Shown: positions 1 to 13,474, counted from the stretch's first letter. The stretch: DNA of 64,000 bases from Octopus bimaculoides (GCF_001194135.2 NC_068987.1:12691900-12755899), one strand, 5' to 3'. Notes: generated from the letters alone by a model not told the origin. Numbers and translations: made by a program.

Positions 1-27
1 ATGAGTACAAATCGTTAGATTTTAAAT

Positions 28-279
28 CAGTGTTTCCCAACTAATCTTCACTTATGGACTCCTTTGATTCCTATTTCACTCGGATGAACCCTCCTAACCA
101 TTCGATGTTTGAAAAATCATGTATTTTTAACATTAAATATTATTAGGAATTGTAAAAAAGAATTGTTAAAAATATTTTGGGAATTGTAGAAATATAACAA
201 TTTATTGCCGATAAATTTTAACAACAAAATCTTATATGGACCCCACAAAGGCCATATGAACCTCAGTTGCGAACCATTG
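28..279. mobile_element. hAT (Charlie-like) MITE
   Basis: TIRs cagtgtttcccaac / gttgcgaaccattg. 8-bp TSD ttttaaat (20-27) / ctttaaat (280-287). Related partial copies at 8861-8970 and 45236-45560. Confidence 0.75.
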
Positions 280-569
280 CTTTAAATGAAAGAATATATG
301 TATAGAAAAAGTTTGTATGTGTCTTGTTTTCGCGAATAATTGCTTAATAATCAATACCATTCATTTTATCATCTAAAATCAAGATGGCATTTCATAGTTT
401 ATCGCTGAAGTAGAATTTTCCTGATTTTATTGTTGAACGTCTCTCTAGAACAGACTGGGATAAAAATCTACAGTTTTAAGAGCTAAAAGGTTTTCATGAA
501 ATTTGGAATTTCAGGATAATTTTCAACAGAACTTTTTTCAATATTATAATATAATTAAACGACAGGGTG

Positions 570-905
570 CGTAGTGCCGATATTAGTGAGTCTCTCCAGG
601 TCGAGCCACTATTTCTCTGCATTGAGAGATCACAGCTCTGGTACAACGAACATGGGAATAGAATGTTTTAGAAAAGAACCACAAGACGAGCCAACCGATA
701 GAAGACATAGGGGCCGGCTAAGAACAATATGGTTGGATATTATCCATACTTTCAGTTGGTCTCGCTTGGGAATCCAACTGGAGAGTGTAATGATGGTTGC
801 ATCTTTCAGAACCCTATGGAGGAGGTACCATCTATAGGGCACCTCCTCCATAGGACTCTACCCCCACGACCCAGCCAGGAATGGTGGGCAGAAAGATGGA
901 TGGAT
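570..905 (+). mobile_element. 5'-truncated RTE-clade LINE (Rex3/Expander-like) 3' end
   Basis: Stitched translation DISESLQVEPLFLCIERSQLW...RGRLRTIWLDIIHTFSWSRLGIQLESVMMVA...LLHRTLPPRPSQE matches the RTE ORF C-terminus pattern (EPLLLxIERSQLRW...RGRPRTRWxD...WERLGI...LLxLLPPRP). It is followed by a (GATG)n tail at 895-905. Confidence 0.8.
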
Positions 906-1500
906 GTTATCGATAACTTTCAATTGTCAACGACTTTCTCCTGTCCCTAAGCAGAGTTCAGTTACGGTATTCAATGTATTCTGTAATATAGAATAATACT
1001 TAGACTATATGATATTCCATGTTTAAAAATGCCAGTGATAACAACTAAAAAATGACTGCTAAAATTTTATGGTACATAAACAGGCGCGCGCACACGTTCA
1101 TACATACATATATATGAAACAAAATTGAGTCGTAGTTCAATGATCGAAACAAGTGAAAGGTTGAAGATTATACATCTTCAATAAAGTTAGATAGTGTTGT
1201 TTATAGCATGTGTTGAATATACCTCGTAATGGTGAGATATATCGTCAACATGGTATACGGAGTATCATTTTACTGTTCATTGAAGTATTTCCTGGCCTTT
1301 GAGTGATTCCAGACATATCAAATTGTCAGTGTACTGGAATTAAGGTTAATTATTAAATTCTGTTAAGGTTTGAATATGTAACTTCCTCAGAGAGAAAGGA
1401 ATCTCTTCAAGCTGATGTTTATACTGGAGAAGAATATGATTATATTGCGTTGTTCCATTACACACATACACACACACACCAACACACATATACATATATG

Positions 1501-1726
1501 CTCTCTTTACTCTTTTACTCTTTTACTTGTTTCAGTCATTTGAATGCGGCCATGCTGGAGCACCGCCTTTAGTCGAGCAAATCGACCCCAGGACTTATTC
1601 TTTGTAAGCCTAGTACTTATTCTATCGGTCTCTTTAGCCGAACCGCTAAGTTACGGGGACGTAAACACACCACCATCGGTTGTCAAGCGATAGCGGAGGG
1701 ACAAACACAGACACGCAAACACACAT

Positions 1727-1730
<4 letters not shown>
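1501..1730 (-). mobile_element. Family B SINE 3' half
   Basis: Well-preserved tail (cagtcatttgaatgcggccatgctggagcaccgcc...ttgtcaagcg) with (cttttact)n end, running into a (TA)n tract and gap. Related tails at 35265-35425 and 57945-58180; heads at 23825-23976, 57040-57190 and 60628-60775. Confidence 0.8.
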
Positions 1731-1765
<35 letters not shown>

Positions 1766-1947
1766 NNNNNNNNNNNNNNNNNNNNNNNNNNNNNNNNNNN
1801 NNNNNNNNNNNNNNNNNNNNNNNNNNNNNNNNNNNNNNNNNNNNNNNNNNNNNNNNNNNNNNNNNNNNNNNNNNNNNNNNNNNNNNNNNNNNNNNNNNNN
1901 NNNNNNNNNNNNNNNNNNNNNNNNNNNNNNNNNNNNNNNNNNNNNNN

Positions 1948-1983
<36 letters not shown>

Positions 1984-3274
1984 TGAGTGTCTGTATACAT
2001 ATATGTATCTACAAACACACACATACACATACATACATACATACAAACATACATACATACATACATCTGTGTACCTGTGTGTACGTATGGTATAAGGCCT
2101 GTTGCTTCGTCCTTATGCGAAATAAGCGTTGCGTAAGTAATATCAGGCACAAAACTTACGCATCACATGTAAGCTGGAACCATAAAGAATATATTAAGTA
2201 TTTACTCCATCTAAAATCAATTTCCTTCTTTTAGTTTATTCGAAGAATTACTGTGCACGTAATACTATTATACTGTTCGAAAATACACTCCTACCCCTGT
2301 CATCATCTCTGTGTGTATTATATTTACATATGTGTGTTTGTACGTACATATATTTGTGTGTGTGTTTGTGCTTACATGTGCTTACGTGTATGTTTGTTAT
2401 ACAAATCTATATGCCATAATTAAAACAGATACATCGTTAAATACTATACGTCAATAAGAGATGAATACCGCAGTTTATCAGACTTTCATATGTGAATGTA
2501 TGTGAGCTATTTTTGTTAGTTATATTCCTACCATCGGATTTGTCTTGTAGTTCAAACTCCCTTAAACTTAGAGTGAAACTAGTATCGAATAAGATTGTCC
2601 ACCTTGTATCATGCAGAGATATGTTTCTCATAATAATTTTCTATTTAACTAAAGGAAACATATCTACGTATGTAACCAAAACTCTAGAAGGCCATTTGAA
2701 TCAATCTAAAATGATTCAGATTTATTGTTCGAGTTTAACAATACATTTGGCTCAAAATCCACGGTCAACCTCTATATCTTTCATCCATTTCGTTCGCCAC
2801 CTTTCCTGCATCTTATCTTCATCTTTAAACCTGTATTTATCACTTTCACCAGCCAATACATATTTACATATATATATATATATATATATACATATTTACN
2901 NNNNNNNNNNNNNNNNNNNNNNNNNNNNNNNNNNNNNNNNNNNNNNNNNNNNNNNNNNNNNNNNNNNNNNNNNNNNNNNNNNNNNNNNNNNNNNNNNNNN
3001 NNNNNNNNNNNNNNNNNNNNNNNNNNNNNNNNNNNNNNNNNNNNNNNNNNNNNNNNNNNNNNNNNNNNNNNNNNNNNNNNNNNNNNNNNNNNNNTATATA
3101 TATGTAAATTAATGAAGGTGAGTACGCAGCTCCTGCTCTTTTGTCACGTATTAATTGATGTTACGCTCTGTACTCTCTTAACCGTTTACTCCAAGGCATA
3201 AATACACTGAATTCTAACAACTGGTCATTACTGTAGCTATACCTATATAAAATCATAGTGTACACACACACACA

Positions 3275-3317
<43 letters not shown>

Positions 3318-3444
3318 ACATTTATGTATACATAAATATATATTTACATATATATATATTTACATTATATATATACATATTTATGTAATATATACACATA
3401 TATATTCATAAATATATACATATATATATATGTATGTATACGCA

Positions 3445-3497
<53 letters not shown>

Positions 3498-5289
3498 CAT
3501 TAGTTAGTCTATATATACTTATATATGACATAACTTAATTTAGTCTCGTTACATTTCTAATTTAATATCACAAACCAGCAATGATGTTTCACGATGTTTA
3601 AATGAGAAAATAAGCACAATTTTGAAGTCACTAATTGTGGGCTGTTTTGTGAATGGTTTTATATGTTTTTATTCGTTAAACTCTATGATAGAGATCGTCG
3701 ATGGAACGTTAGAAAGATTATTTAACAAGATTCATGTTAGATTTTAAATATTTAGCTATTTGTACAGTCGGAAAAAAGAAAAGATAACCTGTGAAAAAGA
3801 AATACAGAGAAGCAATTTGGGGTTGGAAAATAATGGCACATGCTGCGATTCTAAGTAGCGAGAGCAGAACGGCAGATGTGGTAATTTAAATGAGTGTTAA
3901 TTTGTTTTGTCTTTACTTTTTTATGGCGTTCAACCAAATTAAACTGTTTACGAAAGTCTGTTTACATAAACGAATTCCATTTATACTTTAACTGACTGAA
4001 TAAACAAAACGCTATGCTCCCAGTTGCCGGGTTATGACCTAGAATCTTGGAGCTGCCTTTACATTACATCACAAAAGCAGGACATGATTCCACGATTCTA
4101 AAATAGGTGTGATTTTTGGTATTTCGTATGAATATATAAACACAATGCATGGCTAATCCAGATGCTATACAAAAGTGGTTCTTAACCTGAGAGCTAGTAT
4201 CCCCTTGGGAACGTTGTGAGTTTACAAGGAGGCAGTAAACGCTAAGGTGGTACTATGGGCGTTGGTTTTTTTTTTTTTAGATGAGTCATGATTTTTCTGA
4301 GAAATAAGATATTTAAACCAGGTACAATGACTTATATTTTAAACATATTTTCTAAACCTCTTTGCCGAGATTAGAATTCAGGTAAGACAGTGTGTTATCA
4401 GTGAACGGAAACAAGATTGAAGATGCGCCAAGTCCAATATAATTTCATTACATACGTCCTTTTCTTAGTAATTTCCACACAAAAGAAGAGGATAATATGG
4501 TGGCCCTAGTTCACGCAAATATATACAGATACACATGCTGGACAGGATGCTATATAACAATATGGATAAGAAGTTGTAAAAAAATTAGCCTCTTTTTGAT
4601 TAAAGCAGTCTACTGTTTTTTTTCGTTTTTTTTTGTACAAAGTGCGAGGTGGGGGTGTTAGTAAAAGTCCTTTTGGTGACAGGGGACGTTGAGCCATAAA
4701 AGATTAAGAAACGTTGCTTTATATTATTCACCGAATTCTGTTTTACCTTCAGCACAAATTTAATCGACTCTACCTATTTTCTGACTGAAATGGTTCATTA
4801 TAAGGTAAAAGAGTAAAACTAAATCTCTTCCGCTCGAAATAATTTAACTGCAGGTAATCGTGTTTACACGGATTAAAATGACAGCCTCTAGTTTGGTACA
4901 TCATAATTGTACTAAATATTGCCGAGTTTGATATGTGCAGTAATTATGTGTCAATGTGTTTTTGAAAGATACAATATTGTTAAAACTCTACTGGAAGATA
5001 CTTTGTGTGATTCAGGTTTGGCTTGACATGACTTGGTTGGATGTGGTTGACCTATGTGCACAAGAGGGGAAAAAATTTTTTTAATAAAGACAAAGAATGG
5101 TATCGTAAGCTTAGGGGTGAACGTTATAAGAAATTACAGCAAGTAGATCATTAATTTCAGAGAAAAAATCTGGAGATAAAAACCAATCTTTGGAGCATTG
5201 ACAAAGTGTGAATCAAAGTGACTCCTGTTGGGCAGGCTACGCTGGTGCAATCTGACGAGGAACTCCAATATGAGACATAGTCCATACGC

Positions 5290-5495
5290 TTGGCACTCTG
5301 TTGGTTAAGACGACGAGGGTTCCAGTCGATCAGATCAACGGAACAGCTAACTCGTGAACTCAACGTGCAAGTGGCTGAGCACTCCACAGACACGTTTGCC
5401 CTTAAAGTAGTTCTTGGGGAGATTCAGCGTGACACAGAGCGTGACAAGGCTGACTCCTTTGAAATACAGGTACTACTAATTTTTGTCAGCTGAGT
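5290..5495 (-). mobile_element. 5'-truncated SINE sharing the family C tail but with a different (family D-type) core
   Basis: 5290-5460 matches the family C 3' tail. The distal end reads actcagctgacaaaaattagtagtacctg, like the cactcagctg core at 20900, not the family C body. Confidence 0.7.
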
Positions 5496-5819
5496 AGTAT
5501 ACATATAAAAGTAGGGTTTTATGTATGCTGTATATGATTGAAGACATTACTTTTGCCAAGGGAAACAACATTGTTTTCACAAAACTTTCCAAGGGCATGG
5601 GGCCACTGATAAATGACTCAATAGACTTCAGTACATCTGACTTTACAAGGAACTACTCCCAACATGTATTCTTTTTCTGTTTGTTAAATTTTTTTTGTTA
5701 TGTATCAGTGTCTCATACACGTAAAAATGTGACGATAAAAATATATAAAAACATAACCGAAATAGTATGTGATAAGATGGTGCTGTTGCTTCTTGCAACA
5801 GCAATGACTCAATCGTCAA

Positions 5820-6170
5820 CTCACTGCAACTTCTGGCTCACAGTGACTTACAAGGATCTCACAACCTTTTTCTATCACAATAACAACGACCTGCCTGCAT
5901 TTCTCTGAACTAGCTAATTGTCGACGCAGACGACATACCCTCTCCATTTGTCCCACGCGTTAGACATTCTCTCGTCACACTCTTTATCATCCCTCAGATC
6001 CCGTTCTCGCTTTCAGCACTTCGCCTAGTCCTTCCCCTTAAAAAATAATTACTATCAGGAAATTTCTTCCCATTTACGTGTTCCTACAAGACTGACTCAC
6101 CAGTTCTGGTGCTGAATGCTAACTACATACATCTCAAAGATACGAAAGAGATTGTGAATACATTAAGCAC
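5820..6170 (+). mobile_element. Degraded CR1/Jockey-group LINE 3' fragment
   Basis: DLTTFFYHNNNDLPAFL and NFFPFTCSYK..LNANYIHLKDTKEIVNTL resemble DLxLFYRYxxxxCSxEL and SFFPRTxxLWN..YNLxxFKxxVN. Confidence 0.4.
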
Positions 6171-6285
6171 TGTCCTTATTCTGATTACTTTATATTAATA
6201 GAAGAAAAAAACGGATCTTTAAGATGTTTCTTCGTCATATACGAGTGCCTCCTTACAAGTTTATAGATTCTGCCTATCCCTCTGC

Positions 6286-6331
<46 letters not shown>

Positions 6332-8599
6332 GTCTGTCTACTTATCTATCTGTTTGCCTATCTGTCTGCTTGACTGTCTGTTTGTCTGTCTGTCTGTCTG
6401 TCTCTCTACTTACCTAGCTATATACAAATGTATAAGTATACCTATATATTTGCGTGTTTATATTGTGTCTGCATAGTTTCTACCAACACAGTTATACACG
6501 TACGCACACACTTTTCACATATGCATAATATATATACACATACATACATACATACATACATAAATACATAAATACAGACAGACAGACATGTATGTACGTT
6601 TGTCTGTATAACTTTGGAATGTTTTAAAGAATGTTTCCTCATTTAGCTCGATTTAGTTCACAGTTTATATGCTAAAAAAACGCGTTCCACGATTAGATTC
6701 ATATGTTTTCCAATAGAAATTACCTTGAAAAATATGTTAGTAAGGTTGTACTTCTTATAACATTAATTTACTAAACTGTGATTGTGCAAGGCAGTAATTA
6801 AATATGCTCATCCATCTGTTGAAACTTCGCAGATTTTTACGCTTTTGAATTTTTGCGTTTTATTTTGCCAACGGCTCCGCTAGCAGAGCAGACTACTGAG
6901 ATTCTACAAACCTTCAGTTACTTAGAAATCTCTCTTAACTTCAAAGTTACTTAGCTTCAATTTTCAGAACCAGATTTTTGCTTAAATTTTATTTTTTGAT
7001 AAACAATTTCTTTTTGTCTTGATCCCCAGGACTCAAAAAAATTCGGTTTCACGGTGTATTAGTGACCGACATCACAACCTGCCTCCTGAAGTGGACGCCA
7101 GCCCCTTGCAGAGTTCAAGGCCAGCACTTTTGTGGGCAGGAGATAAGCTGATTATATCAACCACAGTATTTAGTACTCTACTTTATCGTCCCCGAAGAGA
7201 TCAAAGGCAAAGTTCTCCTCGGTGTGATTTGAACTTAGAACGTAAACAACCGGCAGGAATGCTGTTAAGCATATTTTCCGGCTTGCTAACGGTTCTACCG
7301 GCACGCCACCTTGACTAACGTAATAAATATCCAGTTGTAAATTATATCAACAGAATAAAAGCAATGTAGCAATGTTGTGGGATGTTTTTGATATTACAGT
7401 CCCAGAGACTTGATATATTATTGTTCGTTTATTCCCATATTCATCTTACAGAATAAAAGAATTATGTATTCTAGGTATGACACTGACTTAGGGGTAATAT
7501 TAAGAACTGGATCTAGTGTTTTTTTTTATGGATCTGTTTCCATGAAATTTTGTGTCAGTTAAAAAAGAAAAGGAAAACGTAAAGAAAAAAATGTTTGCCT
7601 TATTTAGGATAAACTAAATAGATACATGATTCACGAATAAACTGTTTCAATGTGTGTTCCTGGCGTGTGGTAAGTAGATTAATAACTTGTTTACTGCTAT
7701 ATCCTTTTTCTAACTGATATTTGATACCGACTTTACTGTTTATCAGCAGCCATACTTTATATGTGAGGAAGATAGAATACTTGTAGTTTAACCTGTCACT
7801 ACCCCTTCCCTGCAAAAGATGTAACACTTACAGACTTTAGCCAGATATAAGGTAATATGTTGTGGGGTGTTTTGATAATAAAAAATTGTTACAATTGAAT
7901 ATATTTATTGAAGTTTTCATGTATCTACACTTTTTTTAAAAATCTAAATCGATTTTAACGAGTTTTTTTTCTTTTTTGCTTTAATTCTTTTTTTAAAATA
8001 AATAAGCGTTCATCCTGTTACATTCTTACTAAATACGAAACAACAATTCATAAGACTATATTATTTTGTAAATAAACAGATAACGAATCTGTGCCCACCC
8101 CCCACGCCGTCCCCGCGCTGCTACAGGCAACAGCTATGATGGATGAGGGAACCCCCTCGCAAATATGAGCTGATTACCTTTCTGTGCTACATTCCCAATT
8201 CCAACAAATTAATGTGTGCGTATGTTTAAGGCCTTCTCGTTTTTCTTACCTAATTCAACGTCCGTTACCTTTTATAGAGGTAGCCCGAACTAAGTCACGC
8301 AGGTTTTTCTCGGTCTAATTCTCTTTTGTGAAAGTAATAAGATATGTTCTAGTTATATGAAACAAGGATTTCTTACACAGGCACTTTACTTTCTATATCG
8401 GGTGCGTGACTGAGGGAGATTATAGGTGTACGACTTTTTAATGAAGTGTAAAATAGATGCAACTGAGAACCAAAACTGTTGAGCGAAAACCGTAAGTCCC
8501 AGGCAGAGTGCAATTATCTCTGGATTCACCGGAACCGAGGCTGGTTTGGATAGTAAATTGTTACTGCATTACACTGATGTTACATTGTCCTATTTTTAC

Positions 8600-8640
<41 letters not shown>

Positions 8641-8860
8641 CGTTGTAGCATCTCTTAATGAGAATTTTATTCTTTTTGCTGTACAACAATTAAAAGTAAA
8701 ATGAAGTATAATTTAATTAGTCTTTCTTTTCTTCCTTCTTTGCGTCACGATGCCCAAGAGTCATAAGACGGGGTTTCAACCCGATTCCCATGGTGTATAA
8801 GTGACTAAGATAACATTGCTCCAAACTGAACGTTGGTCCGTCGCAGAGTCCCTTTTAGTC

Positions 8861-8970
8861 CAAGGGTTCTCAACAATTTTTTATCTATGGATCCCTTTGA
8901 TTACTGTTTTATTCTGGTGGACCCCCCCCCCTAACCATTCGATGTTTAAAAGCTAATTTTATAGAAACTT
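8861..8970 (+). mobile_element. Partial copy of the same hAT MITE family
   Basis: caagggttctcaac start, then gatccctttgatt...ctaaccattcgatgttt, shared with 28-120. Confidence 0.6.
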
Positions 8971-10984
8971 GTGGAGGTTGAACTATGGAAAATGTTAGAG
9001 AAAGAAACCCGGACTTTTATACCGAGTATCTTAATCTGAAATTCAATAACAGAACAGACAGTGAAATATAAGTTAGCTTAACCATTCCAACACTTAGTTT
9101 TTTGGCAATGAAAAGGGCTCTTTAAGGTTTTATATATAGTTACCAAATGAAGAAGATGCAGTTACAACTAGCGGTGGCGGGAGGCTTATGTGGATTATCC
9201 CATCAGTTAGATGATGAAGGAAATACAGATAGAGATTACTGTATATAAAATATTCTAATACAAAACTAATCTGAGAGTGATTATTGAAATATACTTATGA
9301 AAATCTTCCGTTACATTATTTAAGAAAGCGAAATTCTTAATTAGCAATCCAGCAGACAAGTGTGTTTCAACAGATACAGATTTGAGTAAATTATCTGTTA
9401 TCTCGATATCGTTAATACGCATTCTTAAATAGCTTGAAATAGATTGTATGTAGTTCAATGTTTTTCAAAAGAATCCGACAAATATGTTATATATATATAT
9501 GCGGTGGGTGCGATTGGATATATATATATATATCATTACCATCATCAAGTATAGCCTATAGTTTAAAATATCGACCGGAAATGAAAATAAAAAAATACAA
9601 AACAGCAAGAGTTACATTGGAGCAAGTTACAGGTGTGTTTCAAAAAATTAGAATATACAAAAATTACATATTTGTTATCATTTAAGTAAAAAGGTCAAAA
9701 TTTCATTTGTATTAAGGTTAAATTTAAACTGATCTACTCCCAATAGTTTGTTGTTATAAATTAACATTTATTATTTCCACGCAGGGATCATTACAAAAAG
9801 AATTAGTGGCCAAAATGGAGTCTCAAAAATCAGATGATTCAATACACCTTTATTAAGATGCCACCTGGGTTTCCATCGCACCTAAGCTACGTCACAGATT
9901 AAGTTACCTCTTCCAATAAAGGACGTTTTCTGGGGGTTAATAAACTTAAAGAAGTTCCAGCTAAGTATTGAGTGAGATTCTTACCCACCTCTCTATCTTT
10001 GACAAGATATTCTATTCTCATAATGTTTTTGAGTGTTCAGATAGTATTACATTGTAATAAGAGGTAATGCTAATTGGACGCAAACTGAATTGATCAAGCC
10101 TGCTTGATCAACCCCGGCTCGGTCTCCTAGGTAATCCCCGAAACATCTAATGACCCCCAAGAAACATCACTGACGATATGTCAAGGTGCATCACATGATG
10201 ATGTAAGGAAAAATTGTGATATTAGATTTTAAATGATCCCTGTGAGGTTACCGTAAATTGTAGCTTATATCAACAAAATACTGGATGAGAATCGATTTAG
10301 ATTTTTTGAACGCGTAATATTGAAATTATAATCTTGACATTAACTGACAACAAACATCTGAGATTCATTTTAATGTAATCTTGACTTGAGACAGGAATCA
10401 CAGAACAAATCTGTAATTATATCTTTCGGAAGTATGAAAGAGGGTGTTGTGACAATCGTGATGTTTTTATTGTTGTTTTTTTTTTAACCTAAGGACACTA
10501 TGAACATAGAGAGAAATTACTCCAACTGGAAAATGAAATTTATTCGTTAACACGAATTCTATGATATATATATATATATAAATTTTGCTTTGACTATATA
10601 CAAATCCTTGTTAATAACCATAGATAAAAATTTCTAACTCACAATTAATGATGCATAGAAGAAGCTGGTTGGCTAAATGATATCTATGTTAAATTATGAA
10701 CCATGCAATCCAGTAGACAGCAAAGCTAATCAAGTGTAATTTCCTACCATGCCTCACTATATATAGGATTTCTTAAAGTCTTATTTTAAAGATATCCTAT
10801 GTCATAACAATAACTGTGATCCACTAGAGGCTCATGAACTAAAGAATTAATTTTAGATGCCTTTTCAAAGGTTAGGTAGAGGAAGAAGACAGATGGGCAA
10901 AAGAGAAAGAAAGTATCCTCAGTCCAGAGATTTGAGCCGAAGATTTGCAAAAGAATGAACTCCGGTCATCCAAGGGCCATTACA

Positions 10985-11139
10985 TTCGATTACATTCACT
11001 GGAACTTAATTTATCGACTCCGAAAAGTTGAAAGGTAAAAATAGACTTCGGCAGAATTTGAACTCAGATCGCAAAGACGGACGAAATGCCGCTAAACACT
11101 TTGTCCGGCATGCTAACGATTCTGCCAGCTCGTCGTCTT
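10985..11139 (-). mobile_element. Family A SINE ~65 bp downstream of the twitchin donor
   Basis: gaatttgaactcag...gacggacgaaatgccgcta...gctaacgattctgccagctcg. Other family A copies: minus at 7116-7312, ~12150-12255, ~20760-20870, ~24640-24850, 33872-33996, ~44480-44630, 51028-51180, ~56010-56080, 62200-62580; plus at 14848-15015, 25435-25562, 58370-58543. Confidence 0.85.
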
Positions 11140-11204
11140 TCGTCGTCTACTAATAACGACAACTCAAACTGTTTACATGAATCACGGGATAATATTTTAC
11201 TTAC

Positions 11205-11514
11205 CAAGATTCAGATTGATTGTCGCTGATACCTCTCCCAGTTTGTTCTTTGCTACCACCTTGTATGTCCCAGCATCATCTTTGCTTACATTAAATAGAT
11301 CCATGATGACATTATAGGTAGGGCCTCCTTTAGGTTCCAAGCGCATTTTCAGCTTGTCTGAAGGATTTAATGGTGTAGTTCCAAGAAACCATTTTATTTC
11401 TGGTTCTGGAGACGCTTCCAAAACACATAAGAATACGAGTTTCTTTCCCCCGTTTTCCTGCTTCAATGTGGGCTTTTGTGTAAAGCGGGGTGCTACGTCA
11501 TCCCCGACACCCAT
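11205..11514 (-). CDS. unc-22: First coding exon of twitchin (UNC-22/projectin/bent ortholog), N-terminal I-set Ig domain
   Basis: Translation MGVGDDVAPRFTQKPTLKQENGGKKLVFLCVLEASPEPEIKWFLG...DDAGTYKVVAKNKLGEVSATINLNL has the I-set signature (APxF, C, PxPxIxW, DAGxYKxxAKNxxGE). It closely resembles, from recall, the N-termini of Drosophila projectin (MGVAEDFAPSFVKKPQL...AKNKSGEVSASINLNF) and C. elegans UNC-22 (APRFTQKPSI...ARNQLGESNANINLNF). It ends at a phase-1 donor CTTG|GTAAGT (exon end 11205); the ORF-track 'GK*' is intronic read-through. Confidence 0.88.
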
Positions 11515-11547
11515 CTTGGTATTTTATTATCCGCTAGCCGTTGGAAA
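11205..11547 (-). other. Full exon including 33 nt of 5' UTR, with splice acceptor and donor
   Basis: Acceptor ttttttttctcttttcag|TTTCC (AG at 11549-11548). The 33-nt leader contains in-frame TAA TAA before accaagATGG, so this ATG is the start and at least one non-coding exon lies upstream. Donor GTAAGT at 11204-11199. Confidence 0.85.
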
Positions 11548-13090
11548 CTGAAAAGAGAAAAAAAATAATCAGTTACATTTATATAACTTGTAATTTGAAT
11601 ATATTTTTAAAACAATAATTCGTTTAATTAGACACAAAAATAATCGATGAAATAACGCCTGTCAATCTTGGTACGTAATTTCTAAATTTCAATCACAGGG
11701 ATTACGTTTATCACTAGACAGAGCATAAAGTCAGTCTCCTTTTGAGGGGCAATTCGATTATATGGCGCTGAACAGATTTTAAAAGATAGAAAATTGTTGT
11801 CGTTCAAACTCAGGGCTGAAAAAAGAAGTCGTAAACTACTATATAGTCATTTTTTTAAATCGTTTGGTCAAGAGAAAAGGCAGTGCCCTTGGCCCTTCAA
11901 AGGGCCTCTAAAATTGGTGGGAGTGATTACAACAGCGACCGGCTTAAGGTAAACAATGAACCGAGTGGTGATGTTTAGCTGAGCAATGGATTAAGTCTGC
12001 CAGCTAAGTAGGCCACGGCAAGATCAAACCCAAAAGGCAACGAGTCGTAATAAATATCACAAGGCATCTGGTTTGACATTGTGATAGATCGGATGCCACG
12101 TTAATTGTTTGCCCCAATACGTGAGGAATGGAATAATGGATGGACGGCAACTTTGATTTCGGAGGGATTTGAACTCAGAACATCGAGAATCAGAGCAAAT
12201 AATGCGAAGTATTTATTATATCTGGTGCCCTAACGGCTCTCCAGCTTGTTGCCTTTTACTGGAATATTGTTTTTTGATTGATGCAAAGATCAGAATTCTT
12301 TCGAAGTTGCTGATATTTTAAAATTTTGCAGCGAATTAATTTAGTCCTCTTAATTTTTTTGATTTAATTCTATAGAAAATAAAACACTTGTCCATGATGC
12401 CACGCATTGGGATTGGATCTCGAACCTCGTCGTTGCGAAGTGAACGTTTTTAGCATTTGGCTATGCTCACATCCTCACTAAAATAGTTTCCTGGCGTCCT
12501 AAAAATATCTCTTGTGACTATGAACTTGCAATATGCAAGCCTCCATATCATGAACCTGTCAGTTCACACGAACTTATACACGATCCTTCATAAACGATCT
12601 CGTCTTACGTTGTTAAAGAATTTGTTATAATATAAGATGGTTTTGCAAAAATTTGTCTTCTACTCAACTTTTTTTTTTCTCTGATGTTACCTAACTATGG
12701 GCAATATATTCACGATACACTTTCGGTAAGGAAGACGCACTAGCTCCGTAATTGTGCACAAGATCGTTTAAAATCTAATACTAAGATTTGCTTCCTCTTC
12801 CAAGTGTGGAAAGAGTGATATGTCGCGATAGTTGATAGACAATTTTTATCTTATACAGAGAAACTATAAAGACACTCTTAAAATATGATACTTCTTCAAT
12901 ATTAATAAGAAGGAATTGTACATTTTATCAGGCACTCTAACGATTCTGCTAGGTTGGCGAATTAGCAAAATCAGGTACTTGAAGCTTGACTTGATATTTA
13001 TTTTTATACAAAGTCAATATTAAAGCAACCTCAACCGCGGTAAGCAGATAAAACTGAAACGGGTTTAGAGAGGAGCTATCGCACAGACAG

Positions 13091-13474
13091 TGGAGGTGCA
13101 ATGGCCCAGTGGTTAGGGCAGCGGACTCGCGGTCATAGGATTGCGGTTTCGATTCCCAGACTGGGCGTTGTGAGTGTTTATTGAGCGAAAACGCTTAAAG
13201 CTCCACAAGGTTCCGGCAGGGGATGGTGGCGAACCCTGCTGTACTATTTCACCACAACTTTCTCTTACTTCCTGTTTCTGTTGTGCCTGTAATTCAAAGG
13301 GTCAGCCTTGTTACACTCTGTGTCACGCTGAATATCCCCGAGAACTACGTTAAGGGTACACGTGTCTGTGGAGTGGTCAGCCACTTGCACGTTAATTTCG
13401 CGAGCAGGCTGTTCCGTTGATCGGATTAACTGGAACCCTTGACATCGTAAGCGACGGAGTGCCAACATACACAC
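13091..13474 (+). mobile_element. Full-length tRNA-derived SINE, family C
   Basis: tRNA-like head with A box (tggcccagtggttagg) and B box (ggtttcgattcc). 13-bp TSD atcgcacagacag (13078-13090) / atcgcatagacag (13475-13487). Near-identical reverse copy at 55107-55495. Confidence 0.9.

Noticed and set aside
1-11200. Second twitchin Ig exon
   Set aside because: No Ig-like translation was found by eye or in the ORF track; a very short exon or one hidden in a gap cannot be excluded.
13091-13165. tRNA gene
   Set aside because: A and B boxes are present, but the sequence continues into a multi-copy SINE body with a TSD; it is a tRNA-derived SINE head.
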